A DNA stretch of 64,000 bases. Source: an uncultured Spirochaetota bacterium (GTDB lineage Bacteria; Spirochaetota; Brevinematia; Brevinematales; JAOACQ01). The position numbers and the translations under genes were made by a program. Where the stretch lies: NCBI GenBank assembly GCA_963783575.1, contig CAWAOD010000004.1:258056-322055 (forward strand), in the 5' to 3' direction. The notes under the pieces are model-generated. The model was not told the DNA's origin, ran no database searches, and saw only the letters and a program-made list of their open reading frames with translations. Shown piece by piece: positions 29,278 to 39,956 of the stretch (the first letter of the stretch is position 1; every line of letters begins with the position of its first letter).

Positions 29278-30957
29278 TCTGCCATTCCCCTCTGGCTGAA
29301 TGGCGGCATTAACTCTTCGAAAAAGGTCTTCCCTGTCCCAATTAGAACCACGGTATGCTATTTTTGGATTATTGACCGGCATGGAAAGTAAATCCCGCCC
29401 GTCAGTGTGATATTCCAGTTTATTTCCGGATTCTAAAAGGACAGTCGGCGCAAAATCAACCATTGATGCGGCTTGTTGGTTTTCTTTGTAAACTTTACGG
29501 CCGGGTGTCAAAATAAACAATGGAATAAACTCAAAGTAAAGATTATTATAGGAATATGAACTCTGCTTAAAATTCCCCAATTTGATTTCGGGACAATGGT
29601 CGCCATAGATAAAAATTATTGTGTTGGACAAATTCCCAAGCTCTGAAATAAATCCTTTAATAGACTGATCCACATAAGCCATAGAATTAAAGTAATTTCT
29701 TTTTGTTTCATCATTTATATCCGAAAAATCGGAATTGGTATAATAATTCAGGGCATTAATAAATGGACCATGGCTTGTCATTGTGATAATATGATAAAAA
29801 AACTGCCCTCTTTGAGTTTTAATAAAATTCAAAACATAATTAAATACATCATTATCCGCCGCTCCCCAGCCTTTTTCCCTCAGCTTCATTTTATATATAT
29901 CATTGAAGGCATCAAATCCCATCTGTTTAAACGCAAACGCCCGGTTCCAGAAAGAACCCTCATTTCCATGGAAAGCAAAAGCCTGGTAATTGCAATTCTT
30001 AAGTACTTTAACCATTGAGTTTTCATAATTATAATTATTCATTTTGATGGTAGGATAATTGTCAAGAGGCTCAATACTGTTCAATATCGAAACCTCAACA
30101 TCTGAAGTTCCGCCTCCTTTATGGTAGCTCAGAACATATGGATAATAAACTGAATTTGTTGTAAGCGAGAAAAGATAAGGCATAACAAGCCTGCCATTAT
30201 GCAAGGTTGATATAATATGGGACTCCATGGATTCTACCTGGATAAAAATAAAATTTGATTTCTTATTACTGCCCGGGGATTTTACTATCCTTATGCTGGG
30301 CTTCAATTGATTGGTCAGAGACTGCATTTTATCTCCATTACTCGATAAATAATCTTTTATCTGGTAATATAGAAGCCCGTATTCAAAAACAACTTTTGAT
30401 TCTCCGCCAAATTGTATACTGGTCCGTTTTGAACGAAACTGGAAAATATAAAACAAAGAAAAACTTATGATTAGAATGACTATTAACGACAACAAAGCTT
30501 TTACAATGTTAAAACCAGAGAATAATATCCTGCTTTTAAGTAAAAAAAACAATGCGGGAACATCAATAAAAAGTACAAACAATTGTAACTCAAAAGGAAT
30601 AGCCCATTTTTTCAACAGTAGAAACACATCACCGGATAAGGAACTTGCCGTATGAACATTTAAATATTGTTTAAAATAAAAGAAATAAGTCATATTGACT
30701 AAAATATAAATAAACTGGACTGAATAGATTAGTATGAAATATCTTCTTTTCTCCATATTAACAAAAAACCAGAAATAGATTAAAACAAAAAGAAAAGTTA
30801 AAACTGAATGAAACAATAAATTTGTAAAACTCACTTCGTAATTTATTAGATTCATATAGAAAAAAAGGATTTTTATTGTATTGAAAAACAAAAAAATAAT
30901 AAAAAGCGCATATCCGGTAAAAGGTACATTTTTGAAATAATATTTTTCGTCTGCCAT
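29248..30957 (-). CDS. LTA synthase/sulfatase-family membrane phosphotransferase
   Basis: N-terminal TM helices; IQVES, GTSDVE, TMTSHGPF and YGDH motifs. Confidence 0.85.
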   Translation of the reverse strand: MADEKYYFKNVPFTGYALFIIFLFFNTIKILFFYMNLINYEVSFTNLLFHSVLTFLFVLIYFWFFVNMEKRRYFILIYSVQFIYILVNMTYFFYFKQYLNVHTASSLSGDVFLLLKKWAIPFELQLFVLFIDVPALFFLLKSRILFSGFNIVKALLSLIVILIISFSLFYIFQFRSKRTSIQFGGESKVVFEYGLLYYQIKDYLSSNGDKMQSLTNQLKPSIRIVKSPGSNKKSNFIFIQVESMESHIISTLHNGRLVMPYLFSLTTNSVYYPYVLSYHKGGGTSDVEVSILNSIEPLDNYPTIKMNNYNYENSMVKVLKNCNYQAFAFHGNEGSFWNRAFAFKQMGFDAFNDIYKMKLREKGWGAADNDVFNYVLNFIKTQRGQFFYHIITMTSHGPFINALNYYTNSDFSDINDETKRNYFNSMAYVDQSIKGFISELGNLSNTIIFIYGDHCPEIKLGNFKQSSYSYNNLYFEFIPLFILTPGRKVYKENQQAASMVDFAPTVLLESGNKLEYHTDGRDLLSMPVNNPKIAYRGSNWDREDLFRRVNAAIQPEGNGRSSIISMRDK

Positions 30958-31154
30958 TTAATATCTCCGGGTTAAATTAAATCTTATTTAATATTTCTTA
31001 ATAAACATTTACAAGTAATAATCAAGAATTTAATTAAAAAGATGCAAATTTTTTATAATTAAAAATAAATAATCAGGAATGAGGCAGGTAAATAATTGAT
31101 AATTCTTTCATAGAATAAAAGATTTTAAAAATTTAAATAAACTGATAAAAATAC

Positions 31155-31183
31155 TTGACAAAATATTGTTTAGTAGCTAAACT
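31155..31183 (+). promoter_or_regulatory. sigma70 promoter TTGACA-N17-TAAACT overlapped by the palindrome GTTTAG-N3-CTAAAC (likely MarR operator)
   Basis: -35 at 31155-31160, -10 at 31178-31183, palindrome at 31168-31182; ATG at 31190. Confidence 0.7.
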
Positions 31184-31189
31184 ATTTTT

Positions 31190-31657
31190 ATGGAAGAAAA
31201 AAATTATGATCTGATTATTAATCAGATTTTCGGCTGGTTCAACCGCATTTTTATGAAGTATGATATTATGGAAAAAAAGCCCGTTAAAATTGAGAACGGG
31301 GAAAAGCTTTACGCATCCGAAATCCATATGATTGAGGCTGTTGGGAAGGAATTTGGCCATACAGTTACAGGGTTAAGCGAATATTTTATGATCACAAAGG
31401 GAGCGGTGTCTCAGATAATTACCAAGCTATATAATAAGGGATATGTCGAAAAAACAACTCTGAAAGGCAATGAGAAGGAAATTATTCTTAAATTAACGGA
31501 AAAAGGCTGGAAGGCATTTGATTACCACGAAAAACTGGGTGAATCGATTATGGGTAAAATTTTACAGATAAAAAACAAATACAGTGAAGATGAAGCAGAG
31601 ATATTCTTGAAAATTCTTACTGATATCGACCGGTTATTTACTGATTTTGGTTTTTAA
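31190..31657 (+). CDS. MarR-family transcriptional regulator
   Basis: EIHMIEAVG...TKGAVSQIITKL...LTEKG wHTH. Confidence 0.9.
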   Translation: MEEKNYDLIINQIFGWFNRIFMKYDIMEKKPVKIENGEKLYASEIHMIEAVGKEFGHTVTGLSEYFMITKGAVSQIITKLYNKGYVEKTTLKGNEKEIILKLTEKGWKAFDYHEKLGESIMGKILQIKNKYSEDEAEIFLKILTDIDRLFTDFGF

Positions 31658-31702
31658 TAATTTTGATAAAAAGGTAAAAAGTAATATATTAGGAGATAGA
31701 TT

Positions 31703-32542
31703 ATGGAAAGAAGAAAATTATATCTTTTTTTGATTCAAGCGCTGTCAATATTCATGTTTGTTCTCATCGCCGGGTGTTCGGGATCGTTTAAAAGTTCTGT
31801 ACCGATTAAAATAAAGGCCTTAAGCATTCCGGATGGGGAATTTTTAAAATACTCAAAATATGTAAACGGCGAGAAAACATCTACATCTTATTTTGTAGGC
31901 AGAATAGGCCCCGGCAGGCATGATTTTACCGAATATATTGAAATGGTGACGGCGGGCGCGGAATCGAATATACCGGCAAATTATACAAATTATCATTATT
32001 TCATAAAAATGTCTCTGGATACAGGTTCTCTGATAGAACAATATTCCGACTACCATGATCTTCCTCAGGAATTAAAACTAAAAGCGCCAGATTTTATCGA
32101 TCTGAAGATCGATTATGAAAACCACCTGGCGTCTTATGTCATGAAAATCAGGGATAAGGAAGAAGAAAGAGTCACTTATAGCAAAGTAAAACTAAAACCC
32201 GGTTTCCCTGTCTGGAATATGACGTCACTTTTGTTCGCGGGTCCAAGATTACTGGATATTAAAAGTAAAGGATTGCTCTATGTCATAGAACCGTTTTATG
32301 TCAAGGAACCGGTGCCCGGAACTTTTAAAATAATAGGAAAGGAGGTTTTAGAAACACCGGCAGGAAGATTCGATACCTTAAAGGTCGGATTCTCATCGGC
32401 TGACCCTTTCCTCGGTAAACTCCTCGAAACATATACTCAAAGTCTTTTCTTCTGGATAGAAGATTCGCCAAGAGGTTTAATCGTGAAAACCCAAGGTGAC
32501 AATAACATCAATATCCTGGATGAGGTTTCAGTCTGGAAATAG
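31703..32542 (+). CDS. lipoprotein (DUF3108-like C-terminus)
   Basis: Lipobox LIAGC; KEVLETPAGRFDT motif. Confidence 0.7.
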   Translation: MERRKLYLFLIQALSIFMFVLIAGCSGSFKSSVPIKIKALSIPDGEFLKYSKYVNGEKTSTSYFVGRIGPGRHDFTEYIEMVTAGAESNIPANYTNYHYFIKMSLDTGSLIEQYSDYHDLPQELKLKAPDFIDLKIDYENHLASYVMKIRDKEEERVTYSKVKLKPGFPVWNMTSLLFAGPRLLDIKSKGLLYVIEPFYVKEPVPGTFKIIGKEVLETPAGRFDTLKVGFSSADPFLGKLLETYTQSLFFWIEDSPRGLIVKTQGDNNINILDEVSVWK

Positions 32543-32841
32543 TAAAATCTTTTTTTCATGGCAAAATTTTACCCCGCAGCACAGATAGCTCTACCTCACA
32601 TCCAGCATCGTAATAATTAATTTAATAAATGACCTCACAGCAAAGTGGGGCTGGTATGGAAGAAATTTATTTGAAAAGTTTGAATATTTGTGTTTATGAT
32701 TATAAAATCTATAAATAGATATTTAAGTTCATTAGCAGGATGATCCAATAAAAAATCCAACATTGGATGGAAGCAAGTATTTTAATCATGATATATGAAA
32801 TTGATATAAGCAGAATATTAAAATATAGGAGCATAAAACCA

Positions 32842-34080
32842 ATGAAATCTTTACTAGATGATAATCAATTCGATTTGATTATAACTGGAATCGGTATTAC
32901 TTCAGCAATTGGCCAGGGAAAAGATGCTTTTACCTCCGCTTTACTGGAAGGCCGTCACTCTTTTAATATTATGCAGCGTCCGGGAAGGCAAAACGGGACC
33001 TCTTTTATAGGCGCAGAGATTTCTTCATTGTCCTATCCGGATGAGTTTTCAAAGCGTATTATACGGACAGGGTCTTTGACCGAACAAGCTGCAATGGTTA
33101 CACTTCATGAAGCCTGGAAAGAAGCAAAATTAGATAATGTCGAGCCCGAAAGGATCGGGCTTATTATCGGCGGATCTAACCTTCAACAGCGAAATTCAAT
33201 CCTAATTTTTGAACATTACAGAGACCAATCTTTTTTTATAAATCCAACCTATGGATTTTCCTTTATGGATAGTGACTTATGTGGATTATGTACTGAACAG
33301 TTTGGAATAAAAGGATTGGCTTATACTGTTGGAGGGGCTTCTGCAAGCGGTCAATTAGCTATTTTACAGGCTATTCAAGCCATTCAAGTGGATCAGGTAG
33401 ATATTTGCATCGCTTTAGGAGGACTGATGGACCTTTCATTTTGGGAATGCCAGGCTTTACGTTCTTTAGGAGCTATGGGAACCGATCATTATGCCAATGA
33501 ACCGGAAAAGGCATGCCGCCCCTTCGATAAAAACCGGGATGGGTTCATTTATGGCGAATCCTGTGGGGCAATCGTGATCGAAAAATCTAACGGGACTATA
33601 AATCGTCAATTAAAACCTTATGCGGCTATATCAGGTTGGGCAATAGGCATGGACGGGAACCGTAATCCGAATCCATCCTATGAAGGAGAACTCCGTGTAA
33701 TAAATAAGGCTCTGAAACAAGCTCGATTGAAGCCAAGTGAGATAGATTATATCAATCCACATGGCACTGGTTCAGTAATCGGAGATGAAATTGAACTGAA
33801 AGCTATCCGCGACAGCCAGTTATCCCATGCTTATATCAATGCAACCAAATCCATAACAGGTCATGGATTGAGCGCTGCAGGAACTGTGGAAATTATAGCC
33901 ACTTTACTGCAAATGAAATCTTCACAGCTCCATCCTACAAGAAATTTAGAGGACCCAATTGATTCAAACTATAATTGGGTGCGAAATCAACCCGTTTCTC
34001 ATATCATTAAAAATGCATTGAGTCTGAGTATGGGATTTGGTGGAATCAATACCGCAATATGTTTAAACAATGTAGTTTAA
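32842..34080 (+). CDS. pksF: stand-alone decarboxylating ketosynthase of a beta-branching cassette (PksF-like)
   Basis: GGASASG (active-site Cys replaced by Ser), NPHGTGS, KSITGHG and GFGGIN motifs; ATG at 32842 with AGGAG RBS. Confidence 0.88.
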   Translation: MKSLLDDNQFDLIITGIGITSAIGQGKDAFTSALLEGRHSFNIMQRPGRQNGTSFIGAEISSLSYPDEFSKRIIRTGSLTEQAAMVTLHEAWKEAKLDNVEPERIGLIIGGSNLQQRNSILIFEHYRDQSFFINPTYGFSFMDSDLCGLCTEQFGIKGLAYTVGGASASGQLAILQAIQAIQVDQVDICIALGGLMDLSFWECQALRSLGAMGTDHYANEPEKACRPFDKNRDGFIYGESCGAIVIEKSNGTINRQLKPYAAISGWAIGMDGNRNPNPSYEGELRVINKALKQARLKPSEIDYINPHGTGSVIGDEIELKAIRDSQLSHAYINATKSITGHGLSAAGTVEIIATLLQMKSSQLHPTRNLEDPIDSNYNWVRNQPVSHIIKNALSLSMGFGGINTAICLNNVV

Positions 34081-34154
34081 TAAAATATTATTAAAGAAAT
34101 GTGGATAAAGTTATGGTTTCTGCCGGCATACAATAATTGACCTTGCATCATAAA

Positions 34155-34931
34155 TTAACTCTCCCAGGGATATTTTCCCTTTTCTACAAATTGAAATATT
34201 TTATTGATAATTTCTTTATCTGAAAAAATCTCACGGTTGGCCGATACGGCCAATGTCTTTGATTTGAATATCATATCATTCAAATCACTCATATAATGTT
34301 TATAACGTAAAATTCCGGCTTTTGGCAGATTCTTAAGGCGTAGTATATGCTGTCTCAGTAAATCTTCACTCTTGTCAAGATAAGCGTCAACGAGTCCCCA
34401 TGAATAAGCTTGTTGTACTGAAACAGGTTTAGTCATTACTGTTAAATAATGGGCTTTTTGGAACCCAACTCTTCGAATTAAGAATGGTAAAACCATAGCC
34501 GGAAATAATCCGAATAATAATTCAGATAAACTGAATTGTGCAGTCTCATCGGCAAGAACAATATCGCTGGCGGCAACAAAACCTACACCTCCCGCATTAG
34601 CTTTCCCACGAACGTGAGATATAGTTATGTATGGCCCTGTAGTTAATTTCAACCACAAATTGTATAATTTCTCCGGATCATCCGCGCCCTGTTTTCCACT
34701 TTTTAATTGTGTATGTATACCTTGAAAGTCGGCACCATAACAAAACACTTCGGGCAAACCTTCAAATATAACGACATTGACTTTTTCATCACAAAGTGTA
34801 AGAGTTTTATTACACTCTTCAATCAATAAATCATTAATCGTGTTATTCGCTTCCGGGCGATTAAATTGTATAAAGCAGACTGTTTCCTGAAATCTAACAT
34901 TTATTGTTTGCCAATTCATATAATCCATCAT
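34155..34931 (-). CDS. pksH: enoyl-CoA hydratase-like dehydratase of a beta-branching cassette (PksH/ECH1-like)
   Basis: GLPEVFCYGADF, ANAGGVGFVAASD and SELLFGLFPA motifs; C-terminal PWE. Confidence 0.85.
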   Translation of the reverse strand: MMDYMNWQTINVRFQETVCFIQFNRPEANNTINDLLIEECNKTLTLCDEKVNVVIFEGLPEVFCYGADFQGIHTQLKSGKQGADDPEKLYNLWLKLTTGPYITISHVRGKANAGGVGFVAASDIVLADETAQFSLSELLFGLFPAMVLPFLIRRVGFQKAHYLTVMTKPVSVQQAYSWGLVDAYLDKSEDLLRQHILRLKNLPKAGILRYKHYMSDLNDMIFKSKTLAVSANREIFSDKEIINKIFQFVEKGKYPWES

Positions 34932-35191
34932 ATTATTTAGGTTTTTAATAATCTATGAAAATTATGCCTGAATGAAAATTCAAATTTTACAATCATTGAT
35001 TTTTAAATATAATGAAATAGGATACAATTATGCTAGCACAAAATATGAAAATTAAAAAATATTTTCCCCATATTGAATATGATAGAAATAGGTTGGAATG
35101 CCCTGATTGTGATTGTGAAAAAAAAATTGGGCGCCGTTAGTTATGACATGAAGCCCCAGAATTCAAGCTATATGAGGGCATATCCATCTAT

Positions 35192-36049
35192 CTAATATTG
35201 GTAAAAACCTTTTCCCGATTTCTTTCCCAATAGTCCTGCATCAACCATTTTTCTAAGTAATGGACAACATCTGAATTTTGAATCTTGATAACTCTCATAT
35301 AAAACATCCAATGATCGAACCACTGTATCTAATCCAATTAAATCGGCGGTTTCTAAAGGCCCCATTTTATGGCCATAACCTTGTTTAAAAATGGTATCGA
35401 CCTGGGCAGGGGTTGCGACTTGATCTTGAATCAGAAAAGCTGCTTCATTCATGAACAGGTGGGATAATCTGTTAGAAACAAAACCGGGATAATCATTTAT
35501 AATAACCGCGTTTTTACCAAGCGTCTTTAAAAATGCAGCTATTTCATTTTCTGTTTCTACTGAAGTGTGAAAACCTCTAATCACTTCTACCATTTTTTTT
35601 AATGGGACTGGATTCATAAAATGAGTGCCAATAACATTCGAAGGTTCAGGTAAATATGACGCAATTTTTGTTATTGAAATGCAACTGGAGTTAATAGCAA
35701 AAACAACTCCCTTCTTACAATATTTAACTAAATTTGCGTACTCCTTTTGTTTTTCGTCCCAGTCCTCAACTATATTTTCAATGATTAGATCTGCCTGATC
35801 AAAATCATTATAATCTGTTTGAAATTGAATTCTAGATATTACATCTTGAAGATTTACCCCATTCAATTCTTTCTTCATCATCTTTGCCATTTTAAAATCT
35901 TGTTCAATTCTCTTTTTTGCCAAATCTAAAGAATCATGATTTAAATCTTTCAGGATGACTTGATAACCGTAACAAGCTATATCAAGTGCCGTATCACTTC
36001 CCATTACACCCGCACCTACAATAGATACAGCTTTAAATGCCATGTTCAC
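35192..36049 (-). CDS. 3-hydroxyacyl-CoA dehydrogenase-like protein (FkbK/ZmaG type, glyceryl-ACP oxidation)
   Basis: GAGVMG, NSSCISIT, HFMNP and MGPLETADLIGLDT motifs; cluster context with fkbH. Confidence 0.8.
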   Translation of the reverse strand: MNMAFKAVSIVGAGVMGSDTALDIACYGYQVILKDLNHDSLDLAKKRIEQDFKMAKMMKKELNGVNLQDVISRIQFQTDYNDFDQADLIIENIVEDWDEKQKEYANLVKYCKKGVVFAINSSCISITKIASYLPEPSNVIGTHFMNPVPLKKMVEVIRGFHTSVETENEIAAFLKTLGKNAVIINDYPGFVSNRLSHLFMNEAAFLIQDQVATPAQVDTIFKQGYGHKMGPLETADLIGLDTVVRSLDVLYESYQDSKFRCCPLLRKMVDAGLLGKKSGKGFYQY

Positions 36050-36144
36050 CTCTATAATTTCCTTTCTTATTAATATTAATTATTACTTATTCTAAATTCA
36101 TAGGTTAATTTTAAATCAAACATGGAATAGTCATCTAATTTTAA

Positions 36145-36993
36145 TCAGGATTCCATCTTTATTTTTCTGAGTAATCCTGTTAGGACATTTCCAGGGCCAA
36201 CCTCTTCAATTTCAGCAACGCCTTTATTTATTATATAACGTATTGATTCAACCCATTGTACGGAACTAATAATTTGCTTATAAAGATTCTCTTTAATGGT
36301 TTTCTTTTCATATGGCTGAGCATTAACATTAGCGATTACTTTGATTTGAGGTTCTGCAAATTCAAATTGATTGATAAAAGACTTGAACTTGTCCCCGGCT
36401 TCCTGCATATAGCGGGAGTGGAATGCGCCGCTAACATTCAATGGAATATACATCATAGCGCCCGATTTCTCAAATATTGGCTGCGCGGAGGTAATATCTT
36501 GTTTTAAGCCTGAAATCACTATTTGCGATGGGGAATTGAAATTGGCAATATCTATTGATGTGAGTGAATTATCTTTCAAAATCTTCGTAATCTGATCCTC
36601 TTTTAATCCGATAACAGCGGCCATAGCGCCGTTCTTTGCCTCAGACATCAATTGGCTTCTGTATTTTACTATCTTTAACGCAGTTTCAAAATCAAAGACA
36701 TTAGCGGCAAACAAAGCACTATATTCGCCAACACTATGTCCCGCAACATAATCGGGTTTTTTACCTGTATCCTTTATTTTCTTTAAATAGGTTAATACGC
36801 TGACAACAAATAACGCCGGTTGAGTATATTGAGTTTGACTTAATTGGTTTTTTGGATCATTCAAGCATAAATCTTTAATAGAATATTCCAGAATCTTATC
36901 CGCCTGAGAGGTTAAATCTTTGTAATCATCAAAAAGCGCTCCTCCCATTCCTTTGCTTTGTGAACCTTGCCCGGGAAAAATAAATGCCGTCAT
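36145..36993 (-). CDS. trans-acting malonyl acyltransferase (PksC/FabD type)
   Basis: FPGQGSQ, GHSVGE and GAFHS motifs. Confidence 0.92.
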   Translation of the reverse strand: MTAFIFPGQGSQSKGMGGALFDDYKDLTSQADKILEYSIKDLCLNDPKNQLSQTQYTQPALFVVSVLTYLKKIKDTGKKPDYVAGHSVGEYSALFAANVFDFETALKIVKYRSQLMSEAKNGAMAAVIGLKEDQITKILKDNSLTSIDIANFNSPSQIVISGLKQDITSAQPIFEKSGAMMYIPLNVSGAFHSRYMQEAGDKFKSFINQFEFAEPQIKVIANVNAQPYEKKTIKENLYKQIISSVQWVESIRYIINKGVAEIEEVGPGNVLTGLLRKIKMES

Positions 36994-37138
36994 TATTTTC
37001 TCCTATGATAAATATCATTAATTATTGTCAATTCATCAAAAAATTATATATAAAAAAATTATTTATGTCAATTTAATGAATTGCAATTGTCCCACAAATC
37101 GAGACAGGATATAAGTTCTGTCATATTATAACGACTAA

Positions 37139-38405
37139 TTATATCCATTCATACTCTCGATGGAATTCCTTAATTTCATTTAAATATAAACGCTTTGTTC
37201 CTGATTGATTCTTCATCGTTTGTGAAAGGAAATTCCAGTCCAGTTTTACATTCTTTGTCCCAAATTTAACCGCATTGCTTCCAAATAGTAATTGCTGGTA
37301 TTCATCCATATTTAATTTATACCTGCAGCTTAAATTCTCTTCAAAATTAAAACTCTTAACAATTTGTTGCGATGCATCGCTTGCCAAACCGCTAAAAAAC
37401 TCGGAACAGCATCCCGAACCATAAGAGAAACAACCCAGTCGTTTTGGCGAAATAAAATCTCCATTTGCTATTGTACTGAACAGTGATAATGCGGTTGTGC
37501 CTCCCATAATATTTCCAACCCTCTGGCAATATGTTAAGCCAGGCATTACCCTTTTTGTAAAGTCCGCTTCGATTTCTTCTGTATCTGATTTATATATTTT
37601 TCGCATCATATTACGGTGGGCGCCTTTTATCATCCCTCCGAATGGCGTATGAAAAACCAGGTATTGAAAAGTATCCTTATAATCAATACCTTCGACTCTT
37701 TTTTGATATTCTGCAAATGCATTTTCGCAGCAATCAAGGTAAGATAATAACGACAAGATCTGCATCGCCCGCTTCACTATCTGGAATAGGCCTGCATGTA
37801 TCCATAACTTCATAACCATAGTAACCGTTCGCACCGATATCAGCCTGAAATACTTTTGGGTTTTCACTTACCAGCATGGCAACGGCTCCCGCTCCGCTGC
37901 TTGGTTCGGCAAAGGACCATTCTGCCGCCGAGATTTTGCTTCCTTTTTCCACCATAAAACGGGCAATATCGGTTGCGATTACCAAAGCCTTTGCTCCGGG
38001 AGATGCCTGAGACAAAACAAAACTTATTGCCATTTGTAAACCTGCAACTCCGGAATAACAAGCGTTCTTTAACTCGAATAGACGGCAATTCCTGTTTAAA
38101 CCCAGATAGTGATGAAAATAGGTGCTCATGGATTTACCAAAATCAAAAGAAGACTCCGTGCTGGTGATAACTAATTCAATCCTATCCTTCTCCTGCTGAT
38201 TCAATCTATCGACTACCGGTTTTGCCGCATTTACCCCAAAAGTAATGGGATCTTCATAAGGCAGGGCGACTGTTTTTTCTTTCATCAAAAGATTCGTAAA
38301 ACGCTGTGAATCAAGCTTACGGTATATAGCCAATTCATTTACATCTAAAAAAGCGCTTCCTGAAAAAGCGTTCATTGCTTCAATTCCAATGGCTTTCATT
38401 ATCAT
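37139..38405 (-). pseudogene. pksG: HMG-ACP synthase (PksG-like), split by a +1 frameshift near 37756
   Basis: KNACYSG in the upstream ORF, FHTPFGGMIKGAHR and SYGSGCCSEF in the downstream ORF; conserved GDADLSLLSYLDCCE spans both frames. Confidence 0.88.
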
Positions 38406-38517
38406 TCTCCCTCAAACAATACAGAATAATCCGGCAATTCAATTTATTCAATTACAGACCGGGTTAAAAAATATCCGTTGTTATAATCATATATTATTAT
38501 ATTTGGGTATCACATGA

Positions 38518-38766
38518 TTATTTTGATATTGTTTTGTTATAAAATATTGTCACTAAATCATTGATATTTTTTGCGCCGAATAATTCAACTCTTGGGATTT
38601 CCAGCTTTAATGTCTCCATCATCATTGTTAGAATCTCAGCTCTATCAACGGAATTGGCCCCTAATTCTCTTAAGCTATCCGTTATTAAAAAATTATGCTG
38701 TTCCAATTCCGGAACAACTGTTTTTGTATGTATGACAATTTGTTTAAATATCTCATCTTTTGTCAT
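38518..38766 (-). CDS. acpK: donor acyl carrier protein of a beta-branching cassette (AcpK-like)
   Basis: LGANSVDRAEI motif; adjacent to HMG-ACP synthase. Confidence 0.88.
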   Translation of the reverse strand: MTKDEIFKQIVIHTKTVVPELEQHNFLITDSLRELGANSVDRAEILTMMMETLKLEIPRVELFGAKNINDLVTIFYNKTISK

Positions 38767-38963
38767 TACAGCCTTCCTTATAAATTATTATTTTTCCCTT
38801 TACACTTTCCTAATTCGTTCAGTTGATCAATAAGCTCCTGGATATTTTAAAAACTTCGTTCAATAGAATTATATGATTTGAAAATTAATATTAAATAAAT
38901 ACCGGGATTGGTTTTGTGACAGGGAAACTGCTATTTATCCATGGAATTTTTATAAGAGGTGTT

Positions 38964-39782
38964 CTATAATGCAGTTAATCCGCCGTCTGCTGCAACCGAT
39001 TGCCCTGTAATATAAGATGCTGAATCCGAACATAACCAGAGCGCTACATTGGCAATTTCTTCCGCTGTTGCCATTCGGCCTATCGGCGTACTAGCCTCAA
39101 GGAAGTTTTTAATGTTTGGAAAATATTTTATAATCGGCTCTGTCATTCCTGATACAGTCAAAGAAGGACAGACCGCGTTTACTCGAATATTCTTTTTTAT
39201 AAATTCCGTGCCCGCGACTTTAGTTAGTCCGACAATACCGTGCTTACTTGCTATATAACTTGCCTGGCCTATTCCAACCAGCCCGGCGATTGAAGAGGTA
39301 TTGACAATAGCCCCTTTCCCTGCCTTTATCATTTCAGGGATTTGATATTTCATACAAAGCCAAATACCTTTAAGATTTATATTGATAACTTTATCCCATT
39401 GCTCTTCGGTGGATTCCAGCAAATATGAATTGTTTTGCAATGACTCCGGATTATCTTCCGTAAAATTTACGGCAGATCCCCCTTCAATACCGGCATTATT
39501 ATGCGCATAATCAAGCCTTCCATACTTCTTTATCGTGAAATCAACTAATTTTTTAACATTTTTCTCGATGGAAACATCCGTTTTAAAAAAACAAGCTTCT
39601 TTTCCGGAATTTTTGATTAATGAAACGGTTTCTTTGGCTCCGTCATTATTTATATCGGCAATAACAACTTTAGCATCATAATTCGAAAAGAGCACTGCCG
39701 ATGCCCTGCCAATGCCTGATGCCCCCCCCGTTACAATTGCCACTTTATTCTTAAATTCATTGTACATTTTTCGGTTCTCCAT
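38964..39782 (-). CDS. short-chain dehydrogenase/reductase
   Basis: TGGASGIG, NNAG, YIASK and DGG motifs. Confidence 0.92.
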   Translation of the reverse strand: MENRKMYNEFKNKVAIVTGGASGIGRASAVLFSNYDAKVVIADINNDGAKETVSLIKNSGKEACFFKTDVSIEKNVKKLVDFTIKKYGRLDYAHNNAGIEGGSAVNFTEDNPESLQNNSYLLESTEEQWDKVININLKGIWLCMKYQIPEMIKAGKGAIVNTSSIAGLVGIGQASYIASKHGIVGLTKVAGTEFIKKNIRVNAVCPSLTVSGMTEPIIKYFPNIKNFLEASTPIGRMATAEEIANVALWLCSDSASYITGQSVAADGGLTAL

Positions 39783-39956
39783 TGTAATCTAAAAGTTTAT
39801 TCCATTGGATATAAACAGAACTGAAAATCATTCCGGTATTAATCAGGTTCATGTTATCACAAAGATAATAATCATTACTGTTATCCCGAATTTTATTCTA
39901 AAAGAAAATTGAATTTTTGTCAAGCTGGCTGGCTGAGCTAGACCAAATTCCCAATA

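Noticed and set aside
32570..32660. Degenerate ACCCCGCAGCA / ACCTCACAGCAAAGTGGGG motifs resembling REP or IS200/IS605-type hairpins
   Set aside because: Too degenerate to call from sequence alone.
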